Shown in pieces: positions 9,942 through 19,782 of a stretch of DNA of 64,000 bases. The notes under the pieces were generated by a model. It ran no database searches, had not been told where the DNA came from, and worked only from the letters and a program-made list of their open reading frames with translations. Source of the DNA: Dehalococcoidia bacterium (GTDB taxonomy: Bacteria > Chloroflexota > Dehalococcoidia > Plut-88900); contig OZ240215.1 in assembly GCA_965197585.1 (NCBI GenBank), forward strand, positions 3,072,001 through 3,136,000. The letters run 5' to 3'. Each line of letters starts with the position of its first letter. Positions within the stretch are counted from its first letter, which is position 1. The translations under genes were made by a program, and so were the position numbers.

Positions 9942-10063
9942 TGTCGCGTCAAGGGGGTTGGCCCAGGGGGGATGGATTCACGCTCCGCCAAAGGCGGACT
10001 TTCAGCACTGCGCACCTACAGCCCGACTACTCGGGAATGACGGAGAGGGTGGGGTGGAAGGGA

Positions 10064-10618
10064 TCAGGCGGGTGGGAAGATGGGTGCCAAGTCGAGGGCG
10101 AGGCTGGGGAGGGTGGGGGAGGATAGGGAGTCGGTGGCGCGATAGTTGCCGACTTCCCGGAAGTCCTTATCCTGTAATGACATCACGGATACGGCACGGG
10201 CATCGGGGTCAACCAGCCAATACTCGCCAACGCTGTGTTCTGCGTAGATGCGCCGCTTCAATTCCCGGTCCATGTTGGCCGAGGATGGGGATATTATTTC
10301 TATCACGAGTGCGGGCGCGCCCTGAATGTTGCTGGCGGTGATTATGGACTTTTGCCTGTTAGAGACGAATAGGAGATCGGGTTGCAGGACGTTGGTGGAG
10401 GACAGGACTACGTCGAATGGAGAGTATATGACATCTCCAAGGCGTCTCTCCTCCACAAATGTGTTTAAGAAAGAGAACAAGCGTCCCGAGATCTTTTGGT
10501 GGGCAAAGTTGGGGCTAGGTACCATTATCAGTTCTCCGCGGAGGAGTTCCCACCGCTCGTCGTCGGGGGTTTTGAGGTAGTCGTCGTAGGTTAGGGTTGT
10601 GGGTCGGGTTTCAACCAT
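10064..10618 (-). CDS. Uma2 family (DUF820) PD-(D/E)XK endonuclease-like protein
   Basis: LTYDDY, QPDLLFV, GAPALVIEIISPS, EYWLVDP. Confidence 0.93.
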   Translation of the reverse strand: MVETRPTTLTYDDYLKTPDDERWELLRGELIMVPSPNFAHQKISGRLFSFLNTFVEERRLGDVIYSPFDVVLSSTNVLQPDLLFVSNRQKSIITASNIQGAPALVIEIISPSSANMDRELKRRIYAEHSVGEYWLVDPDARAVSVMSLQDKDFREVGNYRATDSLSSPTLPSLALDLAPIFPPA

Positions 10619-10639
10619 TGGAGAGGGAGCCTGTCGGGG

Positions 10640-11719
10640 CTAGGCGGTTTCGATTTGGAGGTCGTCAGGTGAGTAGCCGAATTTGGCTAATAGTTCATGG
10701 CACACCTTGATGCAACGATTAGCTTTCATTTTAGTTTCTACATAGTAGCCTGAGCTGCCCACGAGTTTCGGTGTTCTCATGCCTTGTGGATTATGGCTAA
10801 AATAAGTGAGCCAGCGTAACTTGACTTCATGCGCCTTGTGAAATTCAGTGGGATGAAGCTGATAAATCTGTTCGGCTAAAGTTGGTAAGAGGGTATTCCA
10901 CTTCCTATCTTTGATCTGGTGAGTCTGTCCTCTGAAAGTAAAACGCAAAGGCCTTGTGCTTGTGTAGTCTACATTGCTCTTGAATCGTTCCGGTGACATT
11001 TGAGACCGAGAGGCAATTGGAACGGGTGAAGGCGTCAATGGAGCTAATCCGGGCTTAGGTAATCGGCCTAAGAAACGCTTTATCTGGTCTTGATCAGCTG
11101 GCCAGCCATACAACTCCTCAACCTTTTTGCCCAACAAATCGACAAGACGCTCATCAGGGTAGGTAAGCATGTCAGCCCATGCTTTAGGTAGGGCTTCTTC
11201 TGTTTTCTTCTCTATCTGCGAGATGTTGAGATAGGCTTCCGCATATCTGACTGCCTCTCCAGAGCTAACGTTGTCTCGGGACAGGCAACGTGTCAGCAGG
11301 ACCACTGCTGGTACCATATCGTGAATCCGTAGGTTGATGGTGCGGAACCGTCTTTCCTCCCAGCCGCCTTCCCGCAAGGGCAGATAAAACCACCAGTCCA
11401 GCCCGTTGGTGAGAACTGCCAAAGACACTCCCTGTCTGAATGAATAATTAAGAAGTTGTTCCTGGTGCATGCTCAGGTCTTCGCTGGGCCGTTTTGCCTC
11501 TAGGAACACTTTATCTTTCCCATCAAGACGAAGGGAATAATCAACTTTGCCGCCTCCCACTGAATGTTCGGGCTTAACCGCTTTAATATCAAACGTGTTC
11601 CAATCCAAGATATTAAGGATACGCAGTATGATGCCTTGCTTGACAGAGGCTTCGTCCAGAGTCGGAATTGACTTGTCGGAGCGCACACGTTCTATTTCGG
11701 CTGTGAGGCGATCCAGCAT
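10640..11719 (-). CDS. HsdR N-terminal-type restriction endonuclease domain fused to a SeqA-like C-terminal domain
   Basis: VDYSL..FLEAKR, QEQLLNY, LTNGLDWWFY; Pro-rich linker; C-terminal YFS..RTPK..GYYVET; lower GC. Confidence 0.7.
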   Translation of the reverse strand: MLDRLTAEIERVRSDKSIPTLDEASVKQGIILRILNILDWNTFDIKAVKPEHSVGGGKVDYSLRLDGKDKVFLEAKRPSEDLSMHQEQLLNYSFRQGVSLAVLTNGLDWWFYLPLREGGWEERRFRTINLRIHDMVPAVVLLTRCLSRDNVSSGEAVRYAEAYLNISQIEKKTEEALPKAWADMLTYPDERLVDLLGKKVEELYGWPADQDQIKRFLGRLPKPGLAPLTPSPVPIASRSQMSPERFKSNVDYTSTRPLRFTFRGQTHQIKDRKWNTLLPTLAEQIYQLHPTEFHKAHEVKLRWLTYFSHNPQGMRTPKLVGSSGYYVETKMKANRCIKVCHELLAKFGYSPDDLQIETA

Positions 11720-11929
11720 AATGGCCCCTCTAAAACGTCATGGCAAATACAGACTGGGATGGGGCAAGTATACCCTATGCCTGAGGGATGAATTCTGGTA
11801 AGCGTTTACGCGCCGCTACGTTATGTTCTTGCGTGTAAGCATCCAAATTACCTCCTAATGCTATACTCACCCTGCCACAGAGAGTAATCAACCGTGACCC
11901 ACCTCGCAGACGAAAAGGGCCAAGAGCCC

Positions 11930-12106
11930 ATGAATGCAGACAATGCTGGTGCTCTGGCCGCGCTGCGCAGGGCATCTATAAAGGCCCGGCGACGCGCGCT
12001 GGAGGTTAGTGGATCCGTCTTGATTCGTAAGAATGGGAAAATTGTATACGAATCGGACCCGGCCGTACTTTTCCCGGATGGAATGGACGACGAGCCAACT
12101 TCCTAG
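11930..12106 (+). CDS. Small basic hypothetical protein (resembles small partners of zeta-toxin-like kinases)
   Basis: ALAALRRASIKARRRALEVSGSVLIRKNGKIV; upstream extended -10 TGCTATACT near 11859. Confidence 0.5.
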   Translation: MNADNAGALAALRRASIKARRRALEVSGSVLIRKNGKIVYESDPAVLFPDGMDDEPTS

Positions 12107-12135
12107 GACTAGGGCCCGCCTACAAGGAGCTTACC

Positions 12136-13341
12136 ATGAGCCTGGTACTCAAAAACGTAAACATAATCGACGCCACCACCCCCGAGATTCGAACCGAGCG
12201 AAACGTCCTGGTGGTGGATGGGGTTATCCAGCAGGTGACCGCCGGCCCGGCTCCCGACGCCGACCAGGTTGTCGATCTCGATGGGGCGTACCTGCTGCCG
12301 GGCCTGTGGGACGTACACACCCACCTGAACAAGGGCACCTATGGCCACGAAGCCGTCGAGGAAGATGCACTCGACCTCATTCCCCGGGTCTTGGCATATG
12401 CCCGGAACAGTATGGATGCCCTAAACATGGGTGTCACCTCCCTGCGGACCGTCGGGGTGCAGGAGTGGGCCGACGTCGCGCTCAGGAATGCTTTCTCCGC
12501 CGGACAGTTCAAGGGGCCTCGGCTCTTCTGCGGCGGTCACGCCCTGAATACCACGGCCGGGCACATGGCTGACGTGGACACGCCTATCGACGGGCCGGTC
12601 GCTTTCATTCACGCTGTGCGTAACGAGATCATGCACTACGTGAACCACATTAAGCTGGTTACTACAGGCGGGATCATGGGCTCGGGGCACGACGTGATGA
12701 CGAACATAATGATGCTCCGTGGTGAGATGGAGGCTGCGCTCGCCATAGCCAAGCAGCGGGGCATCCCCGCCGCCGTCCACGCCACCGTCCCCGAGGCCAT
12801 AAAGTGGGCCGTTAACGCCAGGTGCCGATCCATTGAGCACGGCTACGTCATGGACGAGGAAGCGGCCAAAATGATGGCCGACACCGGTACCTACTACGTT
12901 CCCACCCTTGCCCTGAGCCACCTGACCCCCGAGCAGGCCGGTTCCGATGCCGCCGCTGCATACTGCCAGCACCATCCCCTTCCCGACGAGTTCCGGGAGC
13001 GGGCCAACTTCTTTGCCCCCACACACGACGAGTCTTTCCGAATGGCGCTGGATGCGGGGGTGAAGATAGCCAGCGGCTCGGACCAGGGGCCTCCGGGCGA
13101 GGCTGCCCTTATGGAGCTGGAAATGCTATCGAAGGTGGGACTCGGGCCTTACGGTGCGATAGTGGCGGCCACCCAGACCTCGGCGGAAGTCTGTGGAGTG
13201 GGTGACAAGTTAGGCACCATCGAGCCCGGGAAATTCGCCGACTTCATAGCCATCGAGACCAATCCCCTGGAAAATATCGAGAACCTCCGCCGGCTCCAGC
13301 TTGTGGTCGCTCGCGGCGAGGTGGCGGTAGACAAACGGTAA
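12136..13341 (+). CDS. Amidohydrolase (Xaa-Pro dipeptidase-like)
   Basis: PGLWDVHTH, IKLVTTGG, SIEHG, GTIEPGKFAD; AAGGAG RBS. Confidence 0.9.
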   Translation: MSLVLKNVNIIDATTPEIRTERNVLVVDGVIQQVTAGPAPDADQVVDLDGAYLLPGLWDVHTHLNKGTYGHEAVEEDALDLIPRVLAYARNSMDALNMGVTSLRTVGVQEWADVALRNAFSAGQFKGPRLFCGGHALNTTAGHMADVDTPIDGPVAFIHAVRNEIMHYVNHIKLVTTGGIMGSGHDVMTNIMMLRGEMEAALAIAKQRGIPAAVHATVPEAIKWAVNARCRSIEHGYVMDEEAAKMMADTGTYYVPTLALSHLTPEQAGSDAAAAYCQHHPLPDEFRERANFFAPTHDESFRMALDAGVKIASGSDQGPPGEAALMELEMLSKVGLGPYGAIVAATQTSAEVCGVGDKLGTIEPGKFADFIAIETNPLENIENLRRLQLVVARGEVAVDKR

Positions 13342-13392
13342 ACTCCAACCCGCGCACACCCACTCTTCACGAGGCCGGGTCTATGGTGGCCC

Positions 13393-13575
13393 TTAGCCCA
13401 GTTCGTTTTTGACCTGTTCCAGGGAGGTAAAACGTCCTGCGCGCACATCCTTTATGCTTTGACGGAGTGCGGTCATCAAGTCGGGGTCACCCATGATGTC
13501 CATGGTCTCCGTTATGGACTCGAAGAGGTCCCAGGACATCATGGCCATCCAGTGATCAAAGTGTGGGGTAGTCAT
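13393..13575 (-). CDS. Phd/YefM antitoxin C-terminal fragment (orphan)
   Basis: MSWDLFESITETMDIMGDPDLMTALRQSIKDVRAGR..LEQVKNELG resembles a Phd tail; no N-terminal DNA-binding part, no toxin adjacent. Confidence 0.6.
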   Translation of the reverse strand: MTTPHFDHWMAMMSWDLFESITETMDIMGDPDLMTALRQSIKDVRAGRFTSLEQVKNELG

Positions 13576-13625
13576 TTATCTCGTTCTCCGACGGTATTGT
13601 AAAGCATATGATGCTTTCCTAACCA

Positions 13626-15137
13626 TCACTGGCGAGTCCTCACCAAGGATTTGTTCCCAATAGCAACTCCCCTGCGGGCCGAGCCGTGGAGGGCGGACAG
13701 GACAATCGATACCAGGAGCAGACTGCCAGCGATGAGGTAGGTCAGGTTGAGGCCCGAGACGAAGGCGCTGTTGATTGCCGGTGACGCTTCGCCGGTAGTG
13801 AGCGGGAGCTTCGGTTCGTGGCCGTGGGAAGCCATTATGATAGTCACTATGGTCGTGCCTACAGCGATGCCGGTGATGTTGGCGGAAGTGCGGATGACGT
13901 TGAGCAGGGCCGCCACTATTCCGAACTTGGACGGGTCCTGATAGCTCATGATGGCCGTGCCGTTCGAGGCATTGAAGAACCCTGCGCCTATGCCGGCCAG
14001 CACAAGGCACATGAGCACGTAGCCCGGGGAGGAGTCGGGGGAAAGCTGAGACAGGGAGAAAAGGGCGGAGGCTTCGAAGCTCTGTCCAATGGTGGCGGTT
14101 ATACGGCTGCCAAAGCGGTCCGACAGGTAGCCGCTGAAAGGACCTATTACCCCCATGCATAGGGCGCCGGGGGCCAGCAGCAGCCCGACCCGGTCCGGCG
14201 AGTAGCCCATGACGTTGATGATGTAGAAGGGCATGAGGAATGCCACGGAGGAGGTTGCCAGGAAATTGAGCGTCCGGGCCGAGACCGCCATGGCCATGAC
14301 CTTGCTTCTGAAGAGACTGAGGTCGAGCATCGGGTAGGCGGCCTTCAACTGCCACCAGATAAAGGCCGCGAACAGCACACCCGCCGCCGCAAAGCTGATA
14401 AGGATGGGAGTCGAGCTCCAACCGAATCGGTGCCCGTTGCTCATGGCCATTAGGAAGCCGACAAATGCCCCTGCGGACAGGGCTGCGCCTCGCCAGTCAA
14501 AGGTGCGCAACCCGGACGCGCCCCCGGCTCCGGAGACCATCGGCTTGAAGGTCAGGAGGGCAAGGCCAATGGCAAGCAATCCCACCGGAACGTTAGCCAG
14601 GAATACGGCCCTCCAACTCAACCAGTGGACGAGGAAGCCGCCGATTATGGGCCCCGACGTGAGCCCCGATCCTATGATGGCTGTGTAGAGACCTATGGAC
14701 TTGCCGCGCTCGCTATCCGGGAAATTGGAAGCGATGATGGCCATTCCGTTGCCCTGGATGCCGGCGACGCCAATTCCCTGTATCACTTTGCCCAGTACTA
14801 TTATCGGGAAGATAGTCGCCGTGCCTGCAATGGCCGCACCGATGATGTTGATGCTCAAGCCAACCAGAAAAACGTTCTTGCGCCCGATGATGTCGGCGAG
14901 GCGGCCGACGGGCATGAACATGATCGCTGTGGTTAGGACGTAGGCGAGGAGGGTCCACTGGACGGTTGGTATGTCGAGGCCAAACTGGTCGGAGATGAAG
15001 GGCAGGGCGATGTTAATGCCGGTCTGGTCCACCACGGTGAAGTAGGTGCCTAGGGCAACCGCAGCGTATACCCACCACTTGTAATGAGGACTTTCGACTA
15101 CGGCTCGAGCCGGGCCGGGGAGGGCTAGCGAGGGCAT
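13626..15137 (-). CDS. MFS transporter, DHA2 (14-TM) family
   Basis: GRLADIIGRK, GPIIGGFL, WRAVFLANVPVG, PMLDLSLF. Confidence 0.92.
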   Translation of the reverse strand: MPSLALPGPARAVVESPHYKWWVYAAVALGTYFTVVDQTGINIALPFISDQFGLDIPTVQWTLLAYVLTTAIMFMPVGRLADIIGRKNVFLVGLSINIIGAAIAGTATIFPIIVLGKVIQGIGVAGIQGNGMAIIASNFPDSERGKSIGLYTAIIGSGLTSGPIIGGFLVHWLSWRAVFLANVPVGLLAIGLALLTFKPMVSGAGGASGLRTFDWRGAALSAGAFVGFLMAMSNGHRFGWSSTPILISFAAAGVLFAAFIWWQLKAAYPMLDLSLFRSKVMAMAVSARTLNFLATSSVAFLMPFYIINVMGYSPDRVGLLLAPGALCMGVIGPFSGYLSDRFGSRITATIGQSFEASALFSLSQLSPDSSPGYVLMCLVLAGIGAGFFNASNGTAIMSYQDPSKFGIVAALLNVIRTSANITGIAVGTTIVTIIMASHGHEPKLPLTTGEASPAINSAFVSGLNLTYLIAGSLLLVSIVLSALHGSARRGVAIGNKSLVRTRQ

Positions 15138-15149
15138 GCCGGGTGCGGG

Positions 15150-15383
15150 CTAGGCATTGCCAGGTTGGGGCCCGCTTTCCTCGGGTTCAGGAGGGTCAGT
15201 GTTGGGTTCCGGGGCCAGGGGCATCATCACGGCGAGGAACAGGTAGAGAATGACAGAGAATCCCGCCATCAGCAGGAAGACCAGGAATATGGTTCGAACG
15301 GTGTCTGGATTGGTGCCGAAATACTCGCCGAGCCCCCCGGCGACACCCCAGATTTTGTGGTTTGTTCGGCTTCTGTAGAGCAT
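15150..15383 (-). CDS. PspC domain protein
   Basis: LYRSRTNHKIWGVAGGLGEYFG followed by a TM helix; start set at ATG 15383. Confidence 0.85.
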   Translation of the reverse strand: MLYRSRTNHKIWGVAGGLGEYFGTNPDTVRTIFLVFLLMAGFSVILYLFLAVMMPLAPEPNTDPPEPEESGPQPGNA

Positions 15384-15399
15384 ATTCCCTACGGTCTGC

Positions 15400-16149
15400 T
15401 CAAGAGTGAGGGATTTCTTCGCTCTGCCGGGGCTCGATCTTGGATGCGCCGGAGGTCTGGATGTCTCCCAGCCCCGGGTCTCCATCGTATATGAGCACGG
15501 AAGCGCCGCTGAGCTCGGCGTTCTCTATGGAGCCCCGCACGTTTACGGCGGCTTGGCTTGCGCCATTGAGTACCACCGAGGCGCGGTCGATAGAGAAGTG
15601 CCGGAGTTCCAGGACACTGGCGCCCGATGCGCGGACCAATAGGTTGTCAGCAGAACCGGCGAGTGTGAGCTTGCTCGCGCCGTTGATGCGGAGGTCGGCC
15701 TCCCGGGCCTCGACGTACCCTTCCAGGACGCTGGCTCCCGACAGGCTGATGCTGAGATTGTTGGCGGATGCGAAACCTTCCAGGGTGGCGCGGCTTGCAC
15801 CTGTGAGCATGACGCCCAGCAACTCGGGCATGGTGATTCGGGCTCTGAGGGTCACGTCGCTGTAATCGCCGGCCTCAAGACCGATGCGGAGGGTATCTCC
15901 CTCCTTCTCAACCTCGACCAAGTTGATCACGTTGTCGTCTGCGGAGAGAGAAACGCTGAACTGGGGCGACTCCTTGATCTCGACGTGAAATGCGTTGCCG
16001 ATGTTGACTCTCGCGAATCCTTCCAGGGGCTTGATTTGCGAAATGACATTGCCTGAGCCCGGCACCGCGGGCCTGCCTGCCTGCTTCCGCGACACCAGGA
16101 CGATCATGACTACAAGGATAATAATGACCGCGATTATTACGAGTCCCAA
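15400..16149 (-). CDS. Membrane-anchored head GIN (DUF2807) domain protein
   Basis: N-terminal TM; repeated SGAS/NGAS beta-helix motifs. Confidence 0.85.
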   Translation of the reverse strand: MGLVIIAVIIILVVMIVLVSRKQAGRPAVPGSGNVISQIKPLEGFARVNIGNAFHVEIKESPQFSVSLSADDNVINLVEVEKEGDTLRIGLEAGDYSDVTLRARITMPELLGVMLTGASRATLEGFASANNLSISLSGASVLEGYVEAREADLRINGASKLTLAGSADNLLVRASGASVLELRHFSIDRASVVLNGASQAAVNVRGSIENAELSGASVLIYDGDPGLGDIQTSGASKIEPRQSEEIPHS

Positions 16150-16203
16150 GTCGTTCTCTCTTCCTTGAGGAGGGTGGGGAGTGCGGGAGCGTGGAGGTCC
16201 ATG

Positions 16204-17169
16204 CTAGCCGGCCTCCGGCCCTGACTGCCTGACCAACTTTTGCAGGCTGCGCATCTCCCTGGGGTTTTCAGAGTGCCTGGCGACCATTGTCCAGGATACC
16301 TCTGCGACATAAACGTCCCCGCGGGAGTCGACGGTGATGCCGTGGGCAGCGAGGAACTGTCCGGGGCCCTCTCCCTGTGTGGGCATTCCCAGGCGGGCCA
16401 AAAGCTTGCCATCGACGGTGTAGACGCTGACCCGGTTGCCGACGTTCGGTGCATCGGCGAAATAGGAGTCTCCGCAGAGCTCGGCAATGTAAAGGTTGCC
16501 GTCGGGGCCGAGGGCCATGCCCGCGGGTTTCCAGATGTTCTGCCAGATGTGCTGCAGCTTGCCCTTTGTATCGAAAATCTGGACGCGGTTGCACTCCCGG
16601 TCGCCGACTATAACGTTGTCGTTGTTGTCTACGAGGATAGTGTGGGGGATGACGAACTCACCGGGGTCGATGCCCGGGCCTCCCCATGAGAATAGGTGGC
16701 GTCCATCGGGGCTGTATTTGTGGACGCGGGAGTTGCCGTAGCCGTCGGAGATGAACAGGTCTCCGTTCTTGGGCGAAACGGCCACTTTGGTGGGTTCGTT
16801 AAAGGCGTGGCCGCTCCAGCGGGTGGAAGGCTCGTGGGGTACGCCGATGGTGGATACGACGCGTCCGTCGAGGGTGCAGCGGCGTACGCTGTGGTCCTTC
16901 TGGTCGGCCAGGTACATGGTGTCGTTGGGGGCGTAGGTGATGCCGTGGGCGGTGGTGAATACGCCCTCTCCCCAAGACCCGACAAAAGAGCCGTCGGCTT
17001 CGAAAACTATAACGGGGTGTTCCCCGCGGTTGAAGACGTAGACGCGGTCGTTGGAGTCTACGGCGACGTCGGCGCATTCCTTGAAAGACCAGCCGTCGGG
17101 AAGCTGCGCCCAGCCCTCTTGGGGCGCATACGTGAACTCTCCGCTGCCTAGGGAAACCGATGTGGACAT
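16204..17169 (-). CDS. NHL-repeat protein, peptidyl-alpha-hydroxyglycine alpha-amidating lyase family
   Basis: DRVYVFNRGEHP, SDGYGNSRVHKY, DRECNRVQIF. Confidence 0.88.
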   Translation of the reverse strand: MSTSVSLGSGEFTYAPQEGWAQLPDGWSFKECADVAVDSNDRVYVFNRGEHPVIVFEADGSFVGSWGEGVFTTAHGITYAPNDTMYLADQKDHSVRRCTLDGRVVSTIGVPHEPSTRWSGHAFNEPTKVAVSPKNGDLFISDGYGNSRVHKYSPDGRHLFSWGGPGIDPGEFVIPHTILVDNNDNVIVGDRECNRVQIFDTKGKLQHIWQNIWKPAGMALGPDGNLYIAELCGDSYFADAPNVGNRVSVYTVDGKLLARLGMPTQGEGPGQFLAAHGITVDSRGDVYVAEVSWTMVARHSENPREMRSLQKLVRQSGPEAG

Positions 17170-17214
17170 TTAGCACCCCCTGCCCCTGGGTCGGGGCGTA
17201 ATTACCGGCTCATC

Positions 17215-18459
17215 CTAAGGAGGGTCAGGGTGTAAGTCAATCGGGGTGCGCTTTCCGAAGGCTGAAAGAAGGAGCGCCGAGATGCTGAGACTCAGGCTCC
17301 CGAAGGAGATTATGAACAGGGCGTACCGGAGATCCTGGGTGGCATCGGCGATGACGCCGACCACCAGGGGCCCGAGAAAACCGCCAACCCACAAGAGGGT
17401 AAACATCACCGACACGGCGACGGTGAGCTCCCGGGGGCGGATGTTCGGGAGCTCGTAAAGCTCGGTCACCATCAGTGGGAAGTAGCAGAAGCCGATGCCG
17501 TTGATGAAGCCGAGGAGAAGGAGCAAGGCGGGGGAGTCGGTATACAACAAGCCGACAAAGGACCCCCAAGTGAGAAAGCCGCACACGAAGAGCACCATTG
17601 AAGGATGTTTGACCAGGGACGGGATGATGGAGACGGCGAGCTTGCCGGGGGTGCTGGCAATGGAGACCATGCCAATCACGATACCGCTGAAGGTGAGAGA
17701 GATGGCAAAGACGTCCTGCGTGAATGTGGGCCAGAAGGTGGTGAACCCGATCCGAGCGGCGATGGCGCCACCGGTGCCGAACCCCATTAACCAGGGCTCC
17801 CTGTACTTGAACAGGGCCGTCAGCGGAGTCCCGACCTGGGACTGGATGCCGGCCCGATACTCGGGCGTGTAGCGGTCCTTGCCAAGGACCAGCCAGACAA
17901 GGGCTGCGGCGAAGATGATGGCGGCCCAGACATAGAGGGTTAGCCGCCAATCCGCCAGGATGCCCAGGACGATGGGGATTACGATGAACCCGACCCCGCT
18001 CATGCTATCGATAACGCTGAAGACTATCCCGTTGGCCAGGGGAATACGTCGGCGGGAAACCCACTGAAGCAGTACTAGGGTCCTGGGCACTTTGCAGACG
18101 ACGTAGGCAAAGCCAAGGAGGAGCCGCATGGCCAGAAAGATGATGAAGTTCGGGGACCAGCCGTTGAGGACGGTAAAGAGGGCTGAAGCGATAAAGGCGA
18201 TGCTGGCCACGCGCCAGGGCCGGTAGCGAGAGAGCCACGCGTTGGCAGGAATTTCGAAGACGAGGTTGCCGACTACCACCGCGGAAGAGAGGAGACCCTG
18301 CTGAGTACCGCTCAGGTCCATCTCGTCCGATATGGAGGGGAGGAGAAGACCGATAGTCAGGGCAGCAATGTCGACGAGAGAATAGTTGGCGAGGAACGTG
18401 CCGATGACCACCCAGGCGTAGGTGGGAGAGTCGGTGGGCCTGCGGAGGAGACGCATCAT
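17215..18459 (-). CDS. MFS transporter
   Basis: About 12 hydrophobic segments; paralog of 18479-19708. Confidence 0.85.
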   Translation of the reverse strand: MMRLLRRPTDSPTYAWVVIGTFLANYSLVDIAALTIGLLLPSISDEMDLSGTQQGLLSSAVVVGNLVFEIPANAWLSRYRPWRVASIAFIASALFTVLNGWSPNFIIFLAMRLLLGFAYVVCKVPRTLVLLQWVSRRRIPLANGIVFSVIDSMSGVGFIVIPIVLGILADWRLTLYVWAAIIFAAALVWLVLGKDRYTPEYRAGIQSQVGTPLTALFKYREPWLMGFGTGGAIAARIGFTTFWPTFTQDVFAISLTFSGIVIGMVSIASTPGKLAVSIIPSLVKHPSMVLFVCGFLTWGSFVGLLYTDSPALLLLLGFINGIGFCYFPLMVTELYELPNIRPRELTVAVSVMFTLLWVGGFLGPLVVGVIADATQDLRYALFIISFGSLSLSISALLLSAFGKRTPIDLHPDPP

Positions 18460-18478
18460 GGGCAAAACCTTGATGCAC

Positions 18479-19708
18479 TCACGGGACCACAGGTGTGAGC
18501 TCATCGTCCGGACGCCGCCCGATTAAAGCCAGGATCACGCCGGAGGTGGAGAGGGTCAAAGGGCCGAAGGCGGCGACCAGCAGCCCCGTGCCGAGATCGT
18601 CGAATATGTCTCCTATAGTTCCTGTGATCAACGGGCCTAGAGCCGAACCGGCCCACAGGCAGCTGAAGTAGACGGCCACCGCTACCGCCACTTCCCGCTC
18701 CTTGATGCCGGGGAGCCGGTAGATCACGGTAAGCATCGCGGGGATGAAGCACATCGCCATTCCGTTGATGATGCCCGAAAGAAACTGAAGGGGCGCGGTC
18801 CCGCTAAACAGCATGCCGAAAGAGCTGGCGGACATTACCAGGCCGCACGCCACGAGAAGGTAAGGTGTGCGGGCGGCGATGGCGGAGGAGAGGGTCACTC
18901 CCAGGATCATCGGGCCCTTGATCATGCTGGCGATGCCCAGGATGAGGCCTACGGTGACAAGGGCCGTCCCGTATGTATCGTCCAGGTAGGTAGGCCAGAA
19001 AGTGGCGTAGGCGGACCGAGCCCCGGTGATGCCCGCCACCCCGGCCCCGAGTATCCAAGGCTCCTTGTAGCGAAATATGACCATCAGGGGGGTGCCGGCT
19101 GCCACGCTGGTGGGCTGGGGCAGCTCGGCGCTCGAGCGGTCCCGGCCCCATAAGAACCATAGGGCTGCGCCGACACCACAGACTATTGCCCAGATGTAGA
19201 GAGTTTCTCGCCAATCCCCGACCAGCCAGAGTATGGCGGGAACCACGATGAATCCGACGCCGATGACCGTTTCCAGGATGCTGAATAGGACGCCGTTGGC
19301 CATACCGATTTGGCGGCTCGGAATCCAGTGGATGACGAGTATGGTGCGGGATGCCTGGGTGCTTAGGTAGGTCATTCCTAGGCTCACCCGGGCTATGAAG
19401 AGAATGGCAAGGGTCGGGGCAATCCCGTTGAAGCCGACAAAGATGGCCGCGGCGGAAAAGGACACGACGGAGGAGCGCCAGGGGCGGAAGCGGGAGAAGA
19501 GCCAGTTGGAGGGCACCTCGAAGATGAGGTTGCTGAACATGACAGAGGCACTGAGCCAGCCCTGCTCGGTGAGGGAGAGGTCGAGTTCGTCGGACATCTG
19601 CGGAAGCAGGAAGCCTATAGTCTCGATGGCGATGACGACCATGGAGTAGTTAAAGGCGAACATGCCCAGTAGGGTCCAGCCGTAATGTTGACCCCTTGGC
19701 GAAAACAT
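18479..19708 (-). CDS. MFS transporter
   Basis: About 12 TM segments; TGtTAAGCT-N7-ATG leaderless-type start. Confidence 0.85.
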   Translation of the reverse strand: MFSPRGQHYGWTLLGMFAFNYSMVVIAIETIGFLLPQMSDELDLSLTEQGWLSASVMFSNLIFEVPSNWLFSRFRPWRSSVVSFSAAAIFVGFNGIAPTLAILFIARVSLGMTYLSTQASRTILVIHWIPSRQIGMANGVLFSILETVIGVGFIVVPAILWLVGDWRETLYIWAIVCGVGAALWFLWGRDRSSAELPQPTSVAAGTPLMVIFRYKEPWILGAGVAGITGARSAYATFWPTYLDDTYGTALVTVGLILGIASMIKGPMILGVTLSSAIAARTPYLLVACGLVMSASSFGMLFSGTAPLQFLSGIINGMAMCFIPAMLTVIYRLPGIKEREVAVAVAVYFSCLWAGSALGPLITGTIGDIFDDLGTGLLVAAFGPLTLSTSGVILALIGRRPDDELTPVVP

Positions 19709-19782
19709 GGCGCCTAGCTTAACACGGTAGGTTGAAACTAGGGATGTAGTAGAATGGCGGGGAAACGCTGGAGGGGGTGGGC

